This document shows, piece after piece, positions 12,004 to 27,929 of a stretch of DNA of 64,000 bases. A program made the position numbers and the translations under genes. Origin of the DNA: the human T2T-CHM13v2.0 reference genome, Homo sapiens. Under the pieces are notes generated by a model. That model worked only from the letters and a program-made list of their open reading frames with translations. It did no database searches and had not been told where the DNA came from. Within the stretch, counting starts at the first letter, position 1. Each line of letters opens with the position of its first letter. The stretch is taken from assembly GCF_009914755.1 (NCBI RefSeq), contig NC_060937.1. One strand, 5' to 3'.

Positions 12004-15000
12004 CAGTATATAATTTATATTTGATATAATTTCATATTTTATGTACATAATATAATATACATTTGATGTACTTTCATATTTTATGTACATAATATAATAT
12101 AGATTTGATATACTTTCATATTTTATGTAAAGTATATAATGTATAGTTTGGATACTTTGATATTTTATGTACAGTATAAAATATATAGTTTGGGTACTTT
12201 GATATATTATGTACAGTACATAATATATGTTTGGGTACTTTGATATTTTATGTACAGTATACAATATATATTTGGTGTACTTTTATATTTTATGTACAGT
12301 ATAAAATATATAGTTTCGGTACTTTGATATTTTATGTAGAGAATATAATATATACTTTGGGTATTTTGATATTTTATGTACAGTATATAATACATAGTTT
12401 GGTTACTTTGATATGTTATGTACAGTACACAATATATAGTTTGGGTACTTTGATATTTTATGTACAGTATATAATATATAGTTTTGGTACTTTGATAATT
12501 TATGTACAGTATAGAATATATACTTTGGGTACTTTGATATTTTATGTACAGTATATAATATATAATTTGGGTACTTTGATATTTTATGTACAGTATATAA
12601 TATATAGTTTGGTTACTTTGATAATTTATGTACAGTATATAATATATAGTTTGGGTTCTTTGATATTTTAAGTACAGTATATAATATACACTTTGGGTAC
12701 TTTGAAATTTTATGTACAGTATAAAATATATAGTTTGGGTATTTGATATTTTATGTACAGTATATAATATATATTTGGGGTACTTTGATATTTTATGTAA
12801 ACTATATAATATATATTTGGTGTACTTTGATATTTTATGTACAGAATATAATATATGATGTACTTTCATATTTTATGTACAGTATATGATATATACTTTG
12901 GGTACTTTGATATTTTACGTGGAGTATATAATATATAGTTTGGGAACTTTGATATTTTATGTACATTATATAATGTATAGTGTGGGTACTTTGATATTTG
13001 ATGTACAGTATATAATACATAGTATGTGTACTTGGATATTTTATGTACAGTATATGATATATGTATGGTTACTTTGATATTTTATGTACAGTATAGAATA
13101 CATATTTGGTGTACTTTGATATTTTATGTACAGTATAAAATATATAGCTTGGGTACGTTGATATATTATGTACAGTATATAATACATACTTTGGGTATTT
13201 TGAAATTTTATGTACAGTATATAATATATACTTTGGGTACTTTGATATTTTATGTACAGTATATAATATATAGTTTGTGTACTTTGATATTTATGTAGAG
13301 AATATATATATTTGGGGTACTTTGATATTTCCTATACATTATATAATATATATTTGATGTACTTTGATATTTTATGTAAAGAATATAATATATATTTGAT
13401 GTACTTGCATATTTTATGTACAGTATATAATATATAGTTGGGGTACTTTCATATTTTATGTACAGTATATAATACATAGTTCGGGTACTTTGATATTTTA
13501 TGTATATTATATAATGTATAGTTAGGGAACTTTGATATTTTAAATACAGTATATAATATATAGAATGGGTACATTGATATTTTATGTACAGTATAGAATA
13601 TATATTTGGTGAACTTTGATATTTTATATACAGTATAGAATATATATTAGGTGTACTTTGATATTTTATGTAAAGTGTATAATATATAGTGGGGATACTT
13701 TGATATTTCATATACAGTATATAATATACAGTTTCGTTACTTTGATATGTTATGTACAGTACATAATATATAGTTTGGGTTCTTTGATTTTTTTTTACAG
13801 TATATAAAACTTGTGTACTTTGATAATTTATGTAAAGTATAGAATATATACTTTGGGTATTTTGATATTTTATGTACAAGATATAATATATACTTTGCAA
13901 AATTTGATATTATATGTACAGTATATAATATATACTTTGGTTACTTTGATATGTTATGTACAGTACATAATATAGTTTGGGTACTTTGATATTTTTTATA
14001 CAGTATATAATATGTAATTTGGGTACCTTGATAATTTATGTACAGTATATAATATATACTTTGGGTACTTTTATATTTTATGTACAGTATATAATATATA
14101 ATTCGGGTATTTTGATATTTTATGTACAGTATATAATATATAGTTTGTGTACTTTGACATTTTATGGACAGTATATTCTATATTTCGGGTATTTTGATGT
14201 TTTATGTACAGTATATAATATATATTTGCTGTAATTTCACATTTTATGTACATAATATACTATACATTTGATGTACTTTCATATTTTATGTACACTATAT
14301 AATATATAATTTGGGTACTTTGATATTTTATGTACAGTATATAATATATAGTTTGGGAAATTTGATATTTTATGTACATTATATAATGTTTAGTTTGGGT
14401 ACTTTGATATTTTATGTACAGTATAAAATATATAGTATGGGTACTTTGATATTTTATGTACAGTATAGAATATGTGTTTGGGTACTTTGATATTTTATAT
14501 ATAGTATAGAATATATATTTGGTGTACTTTGTTATTTTATGTACATTATATAATGTATAGTTTTGGTATTTTGACACTTTATGTACACTATATAATATAT
14601 AGTTTGGGTACTTTGCTATTTTATGTACAGTATATAATATATAGTTTGGTTACATTGATATGTTATGTACAGTATATAATATATAGTTTGGGTACTTTGA
14701 TTTTTTTTTACAATATATAATATATAACTTGGGTACTTTGATAATTTATGTATAGTATATAATATATACTTTGGTTCATTTGATATTTTATGTACAGTAT
14801 ATAATATATAGTTTGGTTACTTTGATAATTTATGTACAGTATATAATATATAGTTTGGGTTCTTTGATATTTTATGTACAGAATATAATATATACTTTGG
14901 GTACTTTGAAATTTTATGTACAGTATATAAAATATAGTTTTTGTTCTTTGATATTTTATGGACAGTATATAATATATATTTGTAGTACTTTGATATTTTA

Positions 15001-18000
15001 TGTAAAGTATATAATATATATTTGGTGTACTTTCATATTTTATGTACAGAATATAGTATATATTTGATGTAGTTTCATATTTTATGTACAGTATATAATA
15101 TATACTTTCTGTACTTTCATATTTTATGTACAGCGTATAATATATAGTTTGGGAACTTTGATATTTTATGTACATTATATAATGTATAGTTTTGGGTACC
15201 TTGATATTTGATGTACAGTATATAATACATAGTATGAGTACTTTGATATTTTATGTAGAGTTTATAATAAATGGGTACTTTTATATTTTATGTACAGTAT
15301 ATAGTACATACTTTGGGTACTTTGATATTTTATGTACAGTTTATAACATACAGTTTGGGTACTTTGATATTTTATGTACGGTATATGATATATACTTTAG
15401 TTACTTTGATATTTTATGTAGAGTTTATAATAAATGATTGGGTGCTTTGATATTTTATGTACAGTATATAATACATACTTTGGGTACTTTGATATTTTAT
15501 GTACAGTATATAATATATACTTTGGGTACTTTGGTATTTTATGTACAGTGTATAATATATAGTTTATGTACTTTGATATGTTATGTACAGTACATAATAT
15601 ATAGTTTGGGTACTTTGATTTTTTTTTACAGTATATAATATATAACTTGGGTACTTTGATAATTTATGTACAGTATATAATATTTACTTTGGGTACTTTG
15701 ATATTTTATGTGACGTATATAATATATAGTATGGGTACCTTGATATTTTATGTACAGTATAGAATATATATTTGGTGTACTTTGATATTTCATGTACAGT
15801 ATATAATGTAGATTTGGGATAATTTGATATTTTATGTACAGTATATAATCTATGTTTTATGTACTTTCATATTTTATGTACCTAATATAATATATATTTG
15901 ATGTAATTTCATATTTTATGTACAGTATATAATGTATAGTTTGGATACATTGATATTTTATGTACAGTATAAAATATATAGTTTGGGTACTTTGATATAT
16001 TATGTACAGTATACATGTTTGGGTAGTTTGATATTCTATGTACAGTATAGAATATATATTTGGTGTACTTTGATATTTTATGTACAGTATAGAATATATA
16101 TTTGGTGTACTTTGATATTTTATGTAGAGTATATAATATATATTTTGGGTACTTTGATATTTTATGTGCAGTAGATAATACATGTTTGTGTACTTTGATA
16201 TTTTATGTATAATAAAGAAGATATATTTGGTGTACTTTTATATTTTAACTACATCATACAATATATATGTGGTGTACTTTGATATTTTATGTACATTTTA
16301 TAATGTATAGTTTGGGTACTTTGATATTTTATGTACAGTATATAATATATTGTATGGGTACTTTGATATTTTATGTACATTATATATGTTTGGGTACTTT
16401 GATATTTTATGTACAGTATAGAATATATATTTGGTGTACTTTGATATTTTATATACAGTATATAATATATAGTTTGTGTACTTTGATATTTCATGTACAC
16501 TATATAATATATATTTGGGTACATTGATATTTTATGTACAGTATATAATCTATATTTGATGTACTTTCACATTTTATGTACCTAATATAAAATATATTTG
16601 ATTTAATTTCATATTTTATGTACAGTATATAATGTATAGATTGGGTACGTTGATATTTTATGTACAGTATAAAATATATAGTTTGGTACTTTGATATATT
16701 ATTTACAGTATATAATATATGTTTGGTTAGTTTGTTATTTTATGTACAGTATAGAATATATATTAGGTATACTTTGATATTTTATGTATATTATAGAACA
16801 TATGTTTGCTGTACTTTGATATTTTATGTAGAGTATATAATATATGGAGTGGGTACTTTGATATTTTATGTACAGCAGATAATACATGTTTGTGTACTTT
16901 GGTATTTTATGTAAAATATAGAATATATATTTGCTGTACTTTGATATTTTATGTACAGCATAGAATTTATATTTGGGGTGCTTTGATATTTTATGTACAG
17001 TATATAATGTATAGTTTCAGAACCTTGATATTTAATGTACAGTATATAATATATAGATTGGGTACATTGATATATTATGTACAGTATATAATGTATAGTT
17101 TGGCTACTTTGTTAGTTTATGTACAGTATATAATACCTGTTTGGCTACTTTGATATTTTATGTACCGTATAGAATATATATTTGGTTTACTTTGATATTT
17201 TATGTACAGTATATAATATATTGTTTGTGCTTGGATATTTTATGTACAGTATATAATATATACATTCAGCATTTTGATATTTTGTGGACAGTATATAATA
17301 TATATTTGGTGTACTTTGATATATTATGTACATTATATAATGTATAGTTTGGGTACTTTGATATTTACGTACAGATTATAATATATTGCATGGCTACTTT
17401 GATATTTTATGTACAGTATATAAAACATGTTTGGGTAATTTGATATTTTATGTACAGTATAGAATATATATTTGGTGTACTTTGATATTTTATGTACATT
17501 ATATAATATATAATTTGGGTACTTGGAAATTTTATCTACAGTACATAATATATAGTTTGCTTACTTTGATATTTTATGTAGAGTTTATAGTAAATGTTTG
17601 GGTACTTTGATATTTTATGTACAGTATATAATACATACTTTGGGTACTTTGATATTTTATGTACAGTATATAATATATAGTTTGGTTACTTTGATATTTT
17701 ATGTAGAGTATATACTATATAGTTTGGTTACTTTGATATTTTATGTAGAGTTTATAATTTTTGGGTAATTTGATATTTTATGTACAGTATATAATACATA
17801 ATTTGGGTACTTTGATATATTATGTGCAGTATATAATATATATTTTGGGTAATTTCATATTATATGTACAGTATACAATATATATTCTGGGACCTTTGAT
17901 ATTTTATGTACAGTATATAATAAATATATTGGGTAATTTGATATTTTCTATAGAGTATATATGTTTGGGTAGTTTTATATTTTATGTACAGTACAGAATA

Positions 18001-21000
18001 TATCTTTGGTGTACTTTGATATTTTATGTACAGTATATAATATGTAGTTTGAGTACTTTGATATTTTATGTACAGTATATAATACATACTTTGGGTAATT
18101 TGATATTTTATGTACAGTATATAATATGTAGTTTGAGTACTTTGATATTTTATGTACAGTTTACATTGAATGTTTGGGTACTTTCATATTTTATGTACAG
18201 TATATAATACATACTTTGGGTACTTTCTTATTTTATGTACAGTGTATAATACATACTTTGGGAACTATGATATTTTATGTACAGTATATAATATGTAGTG
18301 TGAGTACTTTGATATGTTATGTACAGTTTATTATGAATGTTTGGGTACTTTCATATTTTATGTACAGTATATAATACATACTTTGGGTACTTTCATATTT
18401 TATGTACAGTATATAATATGTAGTTTGAGTACTTTGATATTTTATGTACAGTTTATTATGAATGTTTGGGTACTTTCATATTTTATGTACATTATATAAT
18501 ACATACTTTGGGCAATTTCATATTTTATGTACAGTATATAATACATACTTTGGGTACTTTGATATTTTATGTACAGTATATAATACATACTTTGGGTTTT
18601 TTGATATTTTATGAACAGTATATAATATATATTTTGTGTACTTTGATATTTTATGTACAGTATATAATATGTAGTTTGAGTATTTTGATATTTTATGTAC
18701 AGTTTATTATGAATGTTTGGGTACTTTCATATTTTATGTACAGTATACAATACATAATTTGGGTACTTTGATATTTTATGAACAGTTTATTATAAATGTT
18801 TGGGTAATTTTGATATTTTATGTACAGTATATAATACATATTTTGGGTACTTTCATATTTTATATACATTATATAATACATATATTTGGGCATTTTGATA
18901 TTTTATGTACAGTATAAAATATATACTTTGGATACTTTAATATTGTATGTACAGTATATAATATGTATTTGGGGTAATTTATATTTTATGTACTGTATAT
19001 AATATGTAGTTTGACTACATTGATTTTTACATACAGATATAATAAGTATTTGATGTACCTTCATATTTTATGTACAGTATATAATACATACTTTGTTTAC
19101 TTTGATATTTTATGTACAGTATATAATACATACTTTGGGTACTTTGATATTTTATATACAGTATATAATATGTAGTTTGTGTACTTTGGTATTTTATGTA
19201 GAGTTTATTATGAATGTTTGGGTACTTTCATATTTTATGTAGAGTATATAATACATACTTTGGGTACTTTGATATTTTATGTACAGTATATAATATGTAG
19301 TTTGAGTACTTTGATATTTTATGTACAGTTTATTATGAATGTTTGGGTACTTTCATATTTTATGTACACTATATAATACATACTTGGCTACTTTGATATT
19401 TTATGAAAAGTTTATTATAAATGTTTGGATACTTTGATATTTTATGTACAGTATATAATACATACTTTGGGTACCTTCATATTTTATATACAGTATATAA
19501 TACATACTTTGGGTATTTTGATATTTTATGTACAGTATATAATATATACTTTGGGTACTTCAATATTTTATGTACAGTGTATAGTATATATTTGGGGTAA
19601 TTTATATTTTATGTACTGTATATAATATGTAGTTTGAATACATTGACTTTTTACGTACAGATATAATATGTATTTGATGTACCTTCATAGTTTATGTACA
19701 GAATATAATATATGCTTTGGGTACTTTGATATTTTATGTACAGTATATAATACATACTTTGGGTATTTTGATATTTTATATACAGTATATAATATGTATT
19801 TTGTGTACTTTGATATTTTATGTACAGTATATAATATGTAGTTTGAGTACTTTGATATTTTATGTACACTTTCTTATGAATGTTTGGGTACTTTCATATT
19901 TTATGTATAGTATATAATACATACATTGGATACTTTGATATTTTATGTACAGTATATAACACATACTTTGGGTAATTTCATATTTTATATACAGTATATA
20001 ATACATACTTTGGGTATTTTGATATTTTATGTACAGTATATAATATATACTTTAGGTACTTTAATATTTTATGTACGGTATATAATATATAATTGTGGTA
20101 ATTTATATTTTATGTAGTGTATGTAATATGTAGTTTGACTACATTGATTTTCTTCGTACAGATATAATATGTATTAGATGTACCTTCATATTTTATGGAC
20201 AGTATATAATATATACTTAGGGTATTTTGATATTTTATGTACAGTATATAATACATACTTTGGGTATTTTGATATTTTATGTACAGTATATAATATGTAT
20301 TTTGTGTACTTTGATATTTTATGTACAGTATAAAATATATATTTTGGGTACTTTTATATTTTATGTACAGTATATAATATATATTTGGTGTACTTTTATA
20401 TTTTATGTACAGTATATAATATGTAGTTTAAGTACTTTGATATATTATGTACAGTTTATTATGAGTGTTTGGGTACTTTCATGTTTTATGTACAGTATAT
20501 AATACATACTTTGGGTACTTTCTTATTTTATGTACAGTATATAATACATTCTTTGGGTACTTTGATATTTTATGTACAGTATATAATATGTAGTTTGTGT
20601 ACTTTGATATTTTATGTACAGTATATAATACATACTTTGGGTACTTTGATATTTTATGTACAGTATATAATATGTAGTTTGAGTACTTTGATATTTTATG
20701 TACAGTATATAATACATACTTTGGGTAATTTGATATTTTATGTACAGTATATAATACATACTTTGGGTGCTTTGATATTTTATGTAAAGTATATAATACA
20801 TATTTTGGGTAATTTGATACGTTATGTATAGTTTACAATATATGTGTTGGGTACTTTGATATTTTTTGTCCAGTATGTAATTTATATTTGGTGTACTTTG
20901 ATATTTTATGTACAGTATATAATATATAGTTTTGGTACTTTGATATTTTATGTATAGTATATAGTATATAGATTGAGTACTTTGATATTTTATGTACAGA

Positions 21001-24000
21001 TTATTATAAATATTTGGGTACTTTCATATTTTATGTACACTATATAATACATACTTTGGGTAGTTTGATATTTTATGTAGAGTATATAATACATAATTTG
21101 GGTACTTTTATATTTTATGTATAGTATATAATACATATTTTGGATACTTTGATATTTTATGTACAGTACATAATACATACTTTGGGTACTTTGATAGTTT
21201 ATGTACAGTATATAATACATACTTTGTGTACTTTTTTATTTTATGTACAGTATATAATAAATATTTTTTGTACATTGTTATTTTATATACAGTATATAAT
21301 ATATAGATTGGGTGCTTTGATATTTTATGTACAGTATACAATATATATTTTGGGTACTTTGATATTTTATGTACAGTATATTATATATATTTGGGGTACT
21401 TTTATATTTTATGTACAATATATAATATATATTTGGTGTACTTTGATATTTTATGTACAGTATATAATATATAGTTTGGGTAGTTTGATATTTTATGTAC
21501 AGTATATAATATATAGTTTGAGTACTTTGATATTTTATGTACAGTTTATTATAAATGTTTGGGTACTTTGATATTTTATATACAGTATATAATACATTCT
21601 TTGGGAACTTTGATATTTTATGTACAGTATATAATACATACTTTGGATACTTTGATATTTTATGTACAGTTTATAATACATACTTTGGGTACTTTGATAT
21701 TTTATGTAGAGTATATTATATATATTTGGTGTACATTGATATTTTATGTACAGAATATAATATATAGATTGGGTGCTTTGATATTTTATTTACAGTACAC
21801 AATATATATTTTGGGTACTTTGATATTTTATGTCCAGTATATAATACATAGTTTTGGTTTATTCAGTATATAATACATACTTTGGGTACTTTGATATTTT
21901 ATGTACAGTATACAATATATATTTTGGGTACTTTGATATTTTATGTACAGTATATAATATATATTTGGGGTACTTTTATATTTTATGTACATTATATAAT
22001 ATATATTTAGTGTACTTTGATATTTTATGTACAGTATATAATATATAGTTTGTGTAGTTTGATATTTTATGTACACTATATAATATATAGTTTGAGTACT
22101 TTGATATTTTATGTACAGTTTATTATAAATGTTTGGGTACTTTGATATTTTATGTACAGTATATAATACATACTTTGGATACTTTGATATTTTATGTATA
22201 GTTTACAATATATGTGTTGGGTAAATTGATATTTTTTGTCCAGTATGTAATTTATATTTGGTGTACTTTGATATTTTATGTACAGTATATAATATATAGT
22301 TTTGGTACTTTGATATTTTATGTATAGTATATAGTATATAGTTTGAGTACTTTGATATTTTATGTACAGATTTTTATAAATGTTTGGGTACTTTCATATT
22401 TTATGTACACTATATAATACATACTTTGGGTAGTTTGATATTTTATGTACAGTATATAATACATATTTTGGGTACTTTTATATTTTATGTACAGTATATA
22501 ATACATACTTTGGGTACTTTGATATTTTATGTACAGTACATAATACATACTTTGGGTACTTTGATAATTTATGTACAGTATATAATACATACTTTGTGTA
22601 CTTTTTTATTTTATGTACAGTATATAATATATATTTTTTGTACACTGATATTTTATATACAGTATATAATATATAGATGGGGTGCTTTGGTATTTTATGT
22701 ACAGTATACAATATATATTTTGGGTACTTTGATATTTTATGGACAGTATATTATATATATTTTGGGTACTTTTATATTTTATGCACAGTATATAATATAT
22801 ATTTGGTATACTTTGATATTTTATGTACAGTATATAATATATAGTTTGGGTAGTTTGATATTTTATGTACAGTATATAATAGTTTGAGTACTTTGATATT
22901 TTATGTACAGTTTATTATAAATGTTTGGGTACTTTGATATTTTATGTACAGTATATAATACATAGTTTGGGTATTTTGATATTTTATGAACAGTATATAA
23001 TATATATTTGGTGTACTTTGATATTTTATATACAGTATATAATATGTAGTTTGAGTACTTTGATATTTTATGTACAGTTTATTATGAATGTTTGGGTACT
23101 TTCATATTTTATGTACAGTATATAATTCATACTTTGGGTACTTTGATATTTTATGTACAGTATATAATACATACTTTGTGTATTTTGATATTTTATGTAC
23201 AGTATATAATATATACTTTGGGTACTTTGATATTTTATGTACAGTATATAATATGTAGTTTGGGTACTTTGATATTTTATGTACAGTAATATATAGTTTG
23301 GTTACTTTGATGTGTACAGTACATAATATATAGTTTGGGTACTTTGAATTTTTTTAACACTATATAATATATAACTTGGGTACTTTGATATTTATGTACA
23401 GTTTATAATATATACTTTGGGTACTTTGATATTTTATGTATAGTATATAATATATAGTTTGGTTACTTTGATATGTTATGTACAGTACATAATATGTACC
23501 TTGGGTACTTTGATATTTTATGTACAGTATATAATATATAGTTTGTGTACTTTGATATTTCATGTACAGTATATAATATATATTTGCGTTACTTTGATAT
23601 TTTATGTACAGTATATAATCTATATTTGATGTACTTTCATATTTTATGTACCTAATATATATTTAATGCAATTTCATATTTTATGTACAGTATATAATGT
23701 ATATTTTGGGTACTTTGCTATTTTATGTACAGTATGAAATATATAGTTTGGGTACTTTGATATATTATGTACAGTATATATGTTTGGGTAGTCTGATATT
23801 TTATGTACAGTACAGGATATATATTTGGTGTACTTTGATATTTTTTGTACAGTATAGAATATATATTTGGTGTACTTTGATATTTTATGTACGGTATATA
23901 ATATATAGTTTGGGTACTTTGATATGTTATGTACAGTAGATATTACGTTTGTGTACTTTGATATTTTATTTACAATATAGAATATATATTTGGTGTACTT

Positions 24001-24200
24001 TGATATTCTATGTACAGCATAGAATATATATTTGGTATACTGTTATATTTTATGTACACTATAAAATAGTTTCGGTACCTTGATATTTTATGTACAGTAT
24101 AGAATATATAGATTCGGTACTTTGATATTTTATGTACAGTATATAATATATAGTTTGCATACTTTGATACTTTATGTACAGTATATGATATATAGTTTGG
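12004..24200. repeat. HSat1A (SAR) 42-bp AT-rich satellite, ~290 monomers
   Basis: Tandem ~42-bp unit gtactttgatattttatgtacagtatataatatatagtttgg, with two RsaI (GTAC) sites per monomer. Confidence 0.95.
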
Positions 24201-24753
24201 GAGCATAATATTAAATATTAAAATATATATCATATTATATTAAATATCATACATATTATGTATCATATATTGTACATTATATATTATATATCATATATTT
24301 TGTATGTTATATATTATATTATATATAATGATACTTATAGTTATATAACTATACAAATAACTATATAATGATATAATTATATACATAATTATTTGTATTA
24401 TACATATAATTATATGATTATATATTTATTTATATTACATATAATTATTCAATTATATATATTTTATTACATATAAATTATAATATATAACAAAATATAT
24501 ATATTATATATCATATATATTAGATACGTTATACATTTTATTATATATAACTATATATTACATTATATATAACTATATATTTTCATCTATAAGACATATA
24601 ATAATGTATATGTATTTTATACTATATATATTATGCAAGATATATAATATACATAATATGACATATGATAAATATTATATAGTATGACAATATATGACAT
24701 TATATATTACATATCAAGTATAGTATATAATATATAATATATATCATATATAA

Positions 24754-25045
24754 TTTTTTTTTACACAAAGTCTTGTTCTGATGCACATTGTGGAGTACAA
24801 TGGCGCCATCTTTGCTCACTGCAACATCTGCCTCACGAGTTCAAGCGATTGTCCCACCTCAGCCTCCCAGGTAGCTGGGACTACACCTCACTGGGACTAC
24901 ACCAGCTGCAACCATGCCTAGCTAATTTTTTGGATTTTCTGTAGTGGCAGCGTTTCACTGTATTGGCCAGGATGGTCTTGATCTCCTCACCTTGTGATCC
25001 TCTTGCCTTGGCCTCCAAAAGTGCTGGGATTAAAGGCCTGAGCCA
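24754..25045 (-). mobile_element. Alu within HSat1B unit 1
   Basis: T-tail then agtcttgttctg...gctcactgcaac...aaagtgctgggatt...tgagcca, with an internal 16-bp ctgggactacacc duplication. Confidence 0.9.
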
Positions 25046-27002
25046 AGATACATATATTTTAAATGAAAAAAAATTTCAAATGTACTCTGCTTGGTACAAT
25101 AATCAAATATATAAACTGAGGAATAATACATAACCATGAAACATGTTTATAACTGCATATGGAAAATACAGAGGACAATTTTCTAAATAACATATTTTGA
25201 AAGCATTAACTAGTAATTTGAAGAGCTCGCATTTGAAAGGCCAGTATGAATATACCTTCAATGCAGCAACATAGGTTCCCCATGAGAAAAATCAAAATCA
25301 GGGAAAATAAAACCACAAAGGTTCAATCTGTGCTGACCTTTGAAAAACACAGCACAGGCAGTGGCCCTTAGGACCAAGAGCAGGAGATCCCTAATCTCGT
25401 CACCATGGCAATAGGGCATAAACATTGCAGGGTGAGGGCACAATCCACATTGTGAGGTCCAACTGCTGCCAGGAAGACAGGAGTGCTTTTACCTAGACCG
25501 AAAGGTCATTGAAGGCTCAGTGTTTTGCTTCAAAAACTGAATCCCAAGCCCACACATTATTATGCTGTGCTTCTTAAAATAAGTTATGAGATGGGAAATA
25601 GGGTACCCACATATATATATATACAGTATACATAATAATATATAGTATAATATATATAATATTTATAAAATACATATAATTTTGTTTTACATCCTGCATC
25701 TTATATTATATATACTATATGTAATATAATTGATAAAATATAATTATTATATATCTACTATATGACATACAATATATATATTTTATGAGATATATAATAA
25801 ATTATATATCACATAAATATTACAAGTATAATAAACGTATTAAATATATAACATACATTATATATATTATATATCTAACTTATATATGATACATAATATA
25901 TAACAGTATATAATTATATATATACAATACGACATATTATAATTTATGACATATATATAATATATATTATATATTATATATATAATAATTTATATGCATA
26001 ATACATATATTAAATATATAATCTGTATATGTTATATATTATATATAAGTGATGTTGTATATTATATATACTATATGTTATATATTATATGTTATATACT
26101 ATATATGTTATATATAATATATGAGTTATATATAATGTATTATTTAATATAATATAATTTATATCATATATATAATATACACCATACATAATATATACAA
26201 TATATGGTATATGATATATATAATACACCAGACATGATATATGATATATAATACATGATATATAATATACAACATATGATACACAATATATATGTTATAT
26301 AATATATATTGTATGATATATATTATATATGTTTTATATATTATATATGAATATTTGATATATATAACTATAAAATATTATATGTAACTGTATGTTATAT
26401 ATAAATATATATTATTAACTTATATATTTTATTATATATTTCGTATATAATATATTATATATTATATATAACAATATATACTATAAATCACAATATATGT
26501 CACATACATAATAAAATATATATTATATTATGATATATTAAATATCATATGTATTATGTATCATATATTGTATATTATATATTATATATTTTATATTTAA
26601 TATACTATAATATTTTATATTCTTATTTATATAATTATACATATAACTACATAATTGTATAATTATATATATAATTTATATTATGTATATAATTATATGA
26701 TTATACAAGTATTTATATTATATATAATTATATATACTGTATTATATATAAAACATATATAACATAAAATATATATTATATATCAATTATGATAGATATG
26801 TTATATATTATATTACATATAACTATACGTTATATAATATATAAATATATATTTTCATCTATAAGACATATAATGTATATGTATTATATATTATATATAT
26901 TATGTAATATATATAATACATGTAATATATATGACATGATAATTATATATTATGACATAATATATATGATATTTTATATTACATATAAAGCATATTATAT
27001 AA

Positions 27003-27317
<315 letters not shown>

Positions 27318-27879
27318 AGATACATATTTTTTAAATGAAAAAAAATTTCAAAGGTACTCTGCTTGGTACAATAATCAAATATATAATCTGAGGAATAAAA
27401 CATAAACATGAAACATATTTATAACTGAATATGGAAAATACAGAGGATAACATTTTAAATACTATATTTTGAAAACATTAACTAGTGATTTGAAGAGTTT
27501 GCATTTGAAAGGCCAGTATGAATATAACTTCAATGCAGCAACATAGGTTCCGCATGAGAAAAATCAAAATCAGGGAAAATAAAACCACAAAGGTTCAATC
27601 TGTTCTGACCTTTCAAAAACACAGCACAGACAGTGGCCCTTAGGACCAAGAGCAGGAGATCCCTAATCCCGTCACCATGGCGATAGGGCATCAACATTGC
27701 AGGGTTAGGGCACAATCCACATTGTGAGGTCCAACTGCTGCCAGGAAGACAGGAGTGCTTTTACCTATACCGAAAGGTCATTGAAGGCTTAGTGTTTTGT
27801 TTCAAAAACTGAATCCCAAGCACACACATTATTATGCTGTGCTTCTTAAAATAAGTTAAGAGATGGGAAATAGGGCAGC

Positions 27880-27882
<3 letters not shown>

Positions 27883-27922
<40 letters not shown>
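27883..27922. repeat. (TA)20 microsatellite
   Basis: Perfect TA run directly after the unit-2 core. Confidence 0.95.

Positions 27923-27929
<7 letters not shown>

Noticed and set aside
12207-24233. Dozens of hydrophobic repeat ORFs (GTLIFYVQYIIY / YYILYIKYQST)
   Set aside because: The 42-bp monomer is a multiple of 3, which produces 14-aa pseudo-repeats; these are not genes.
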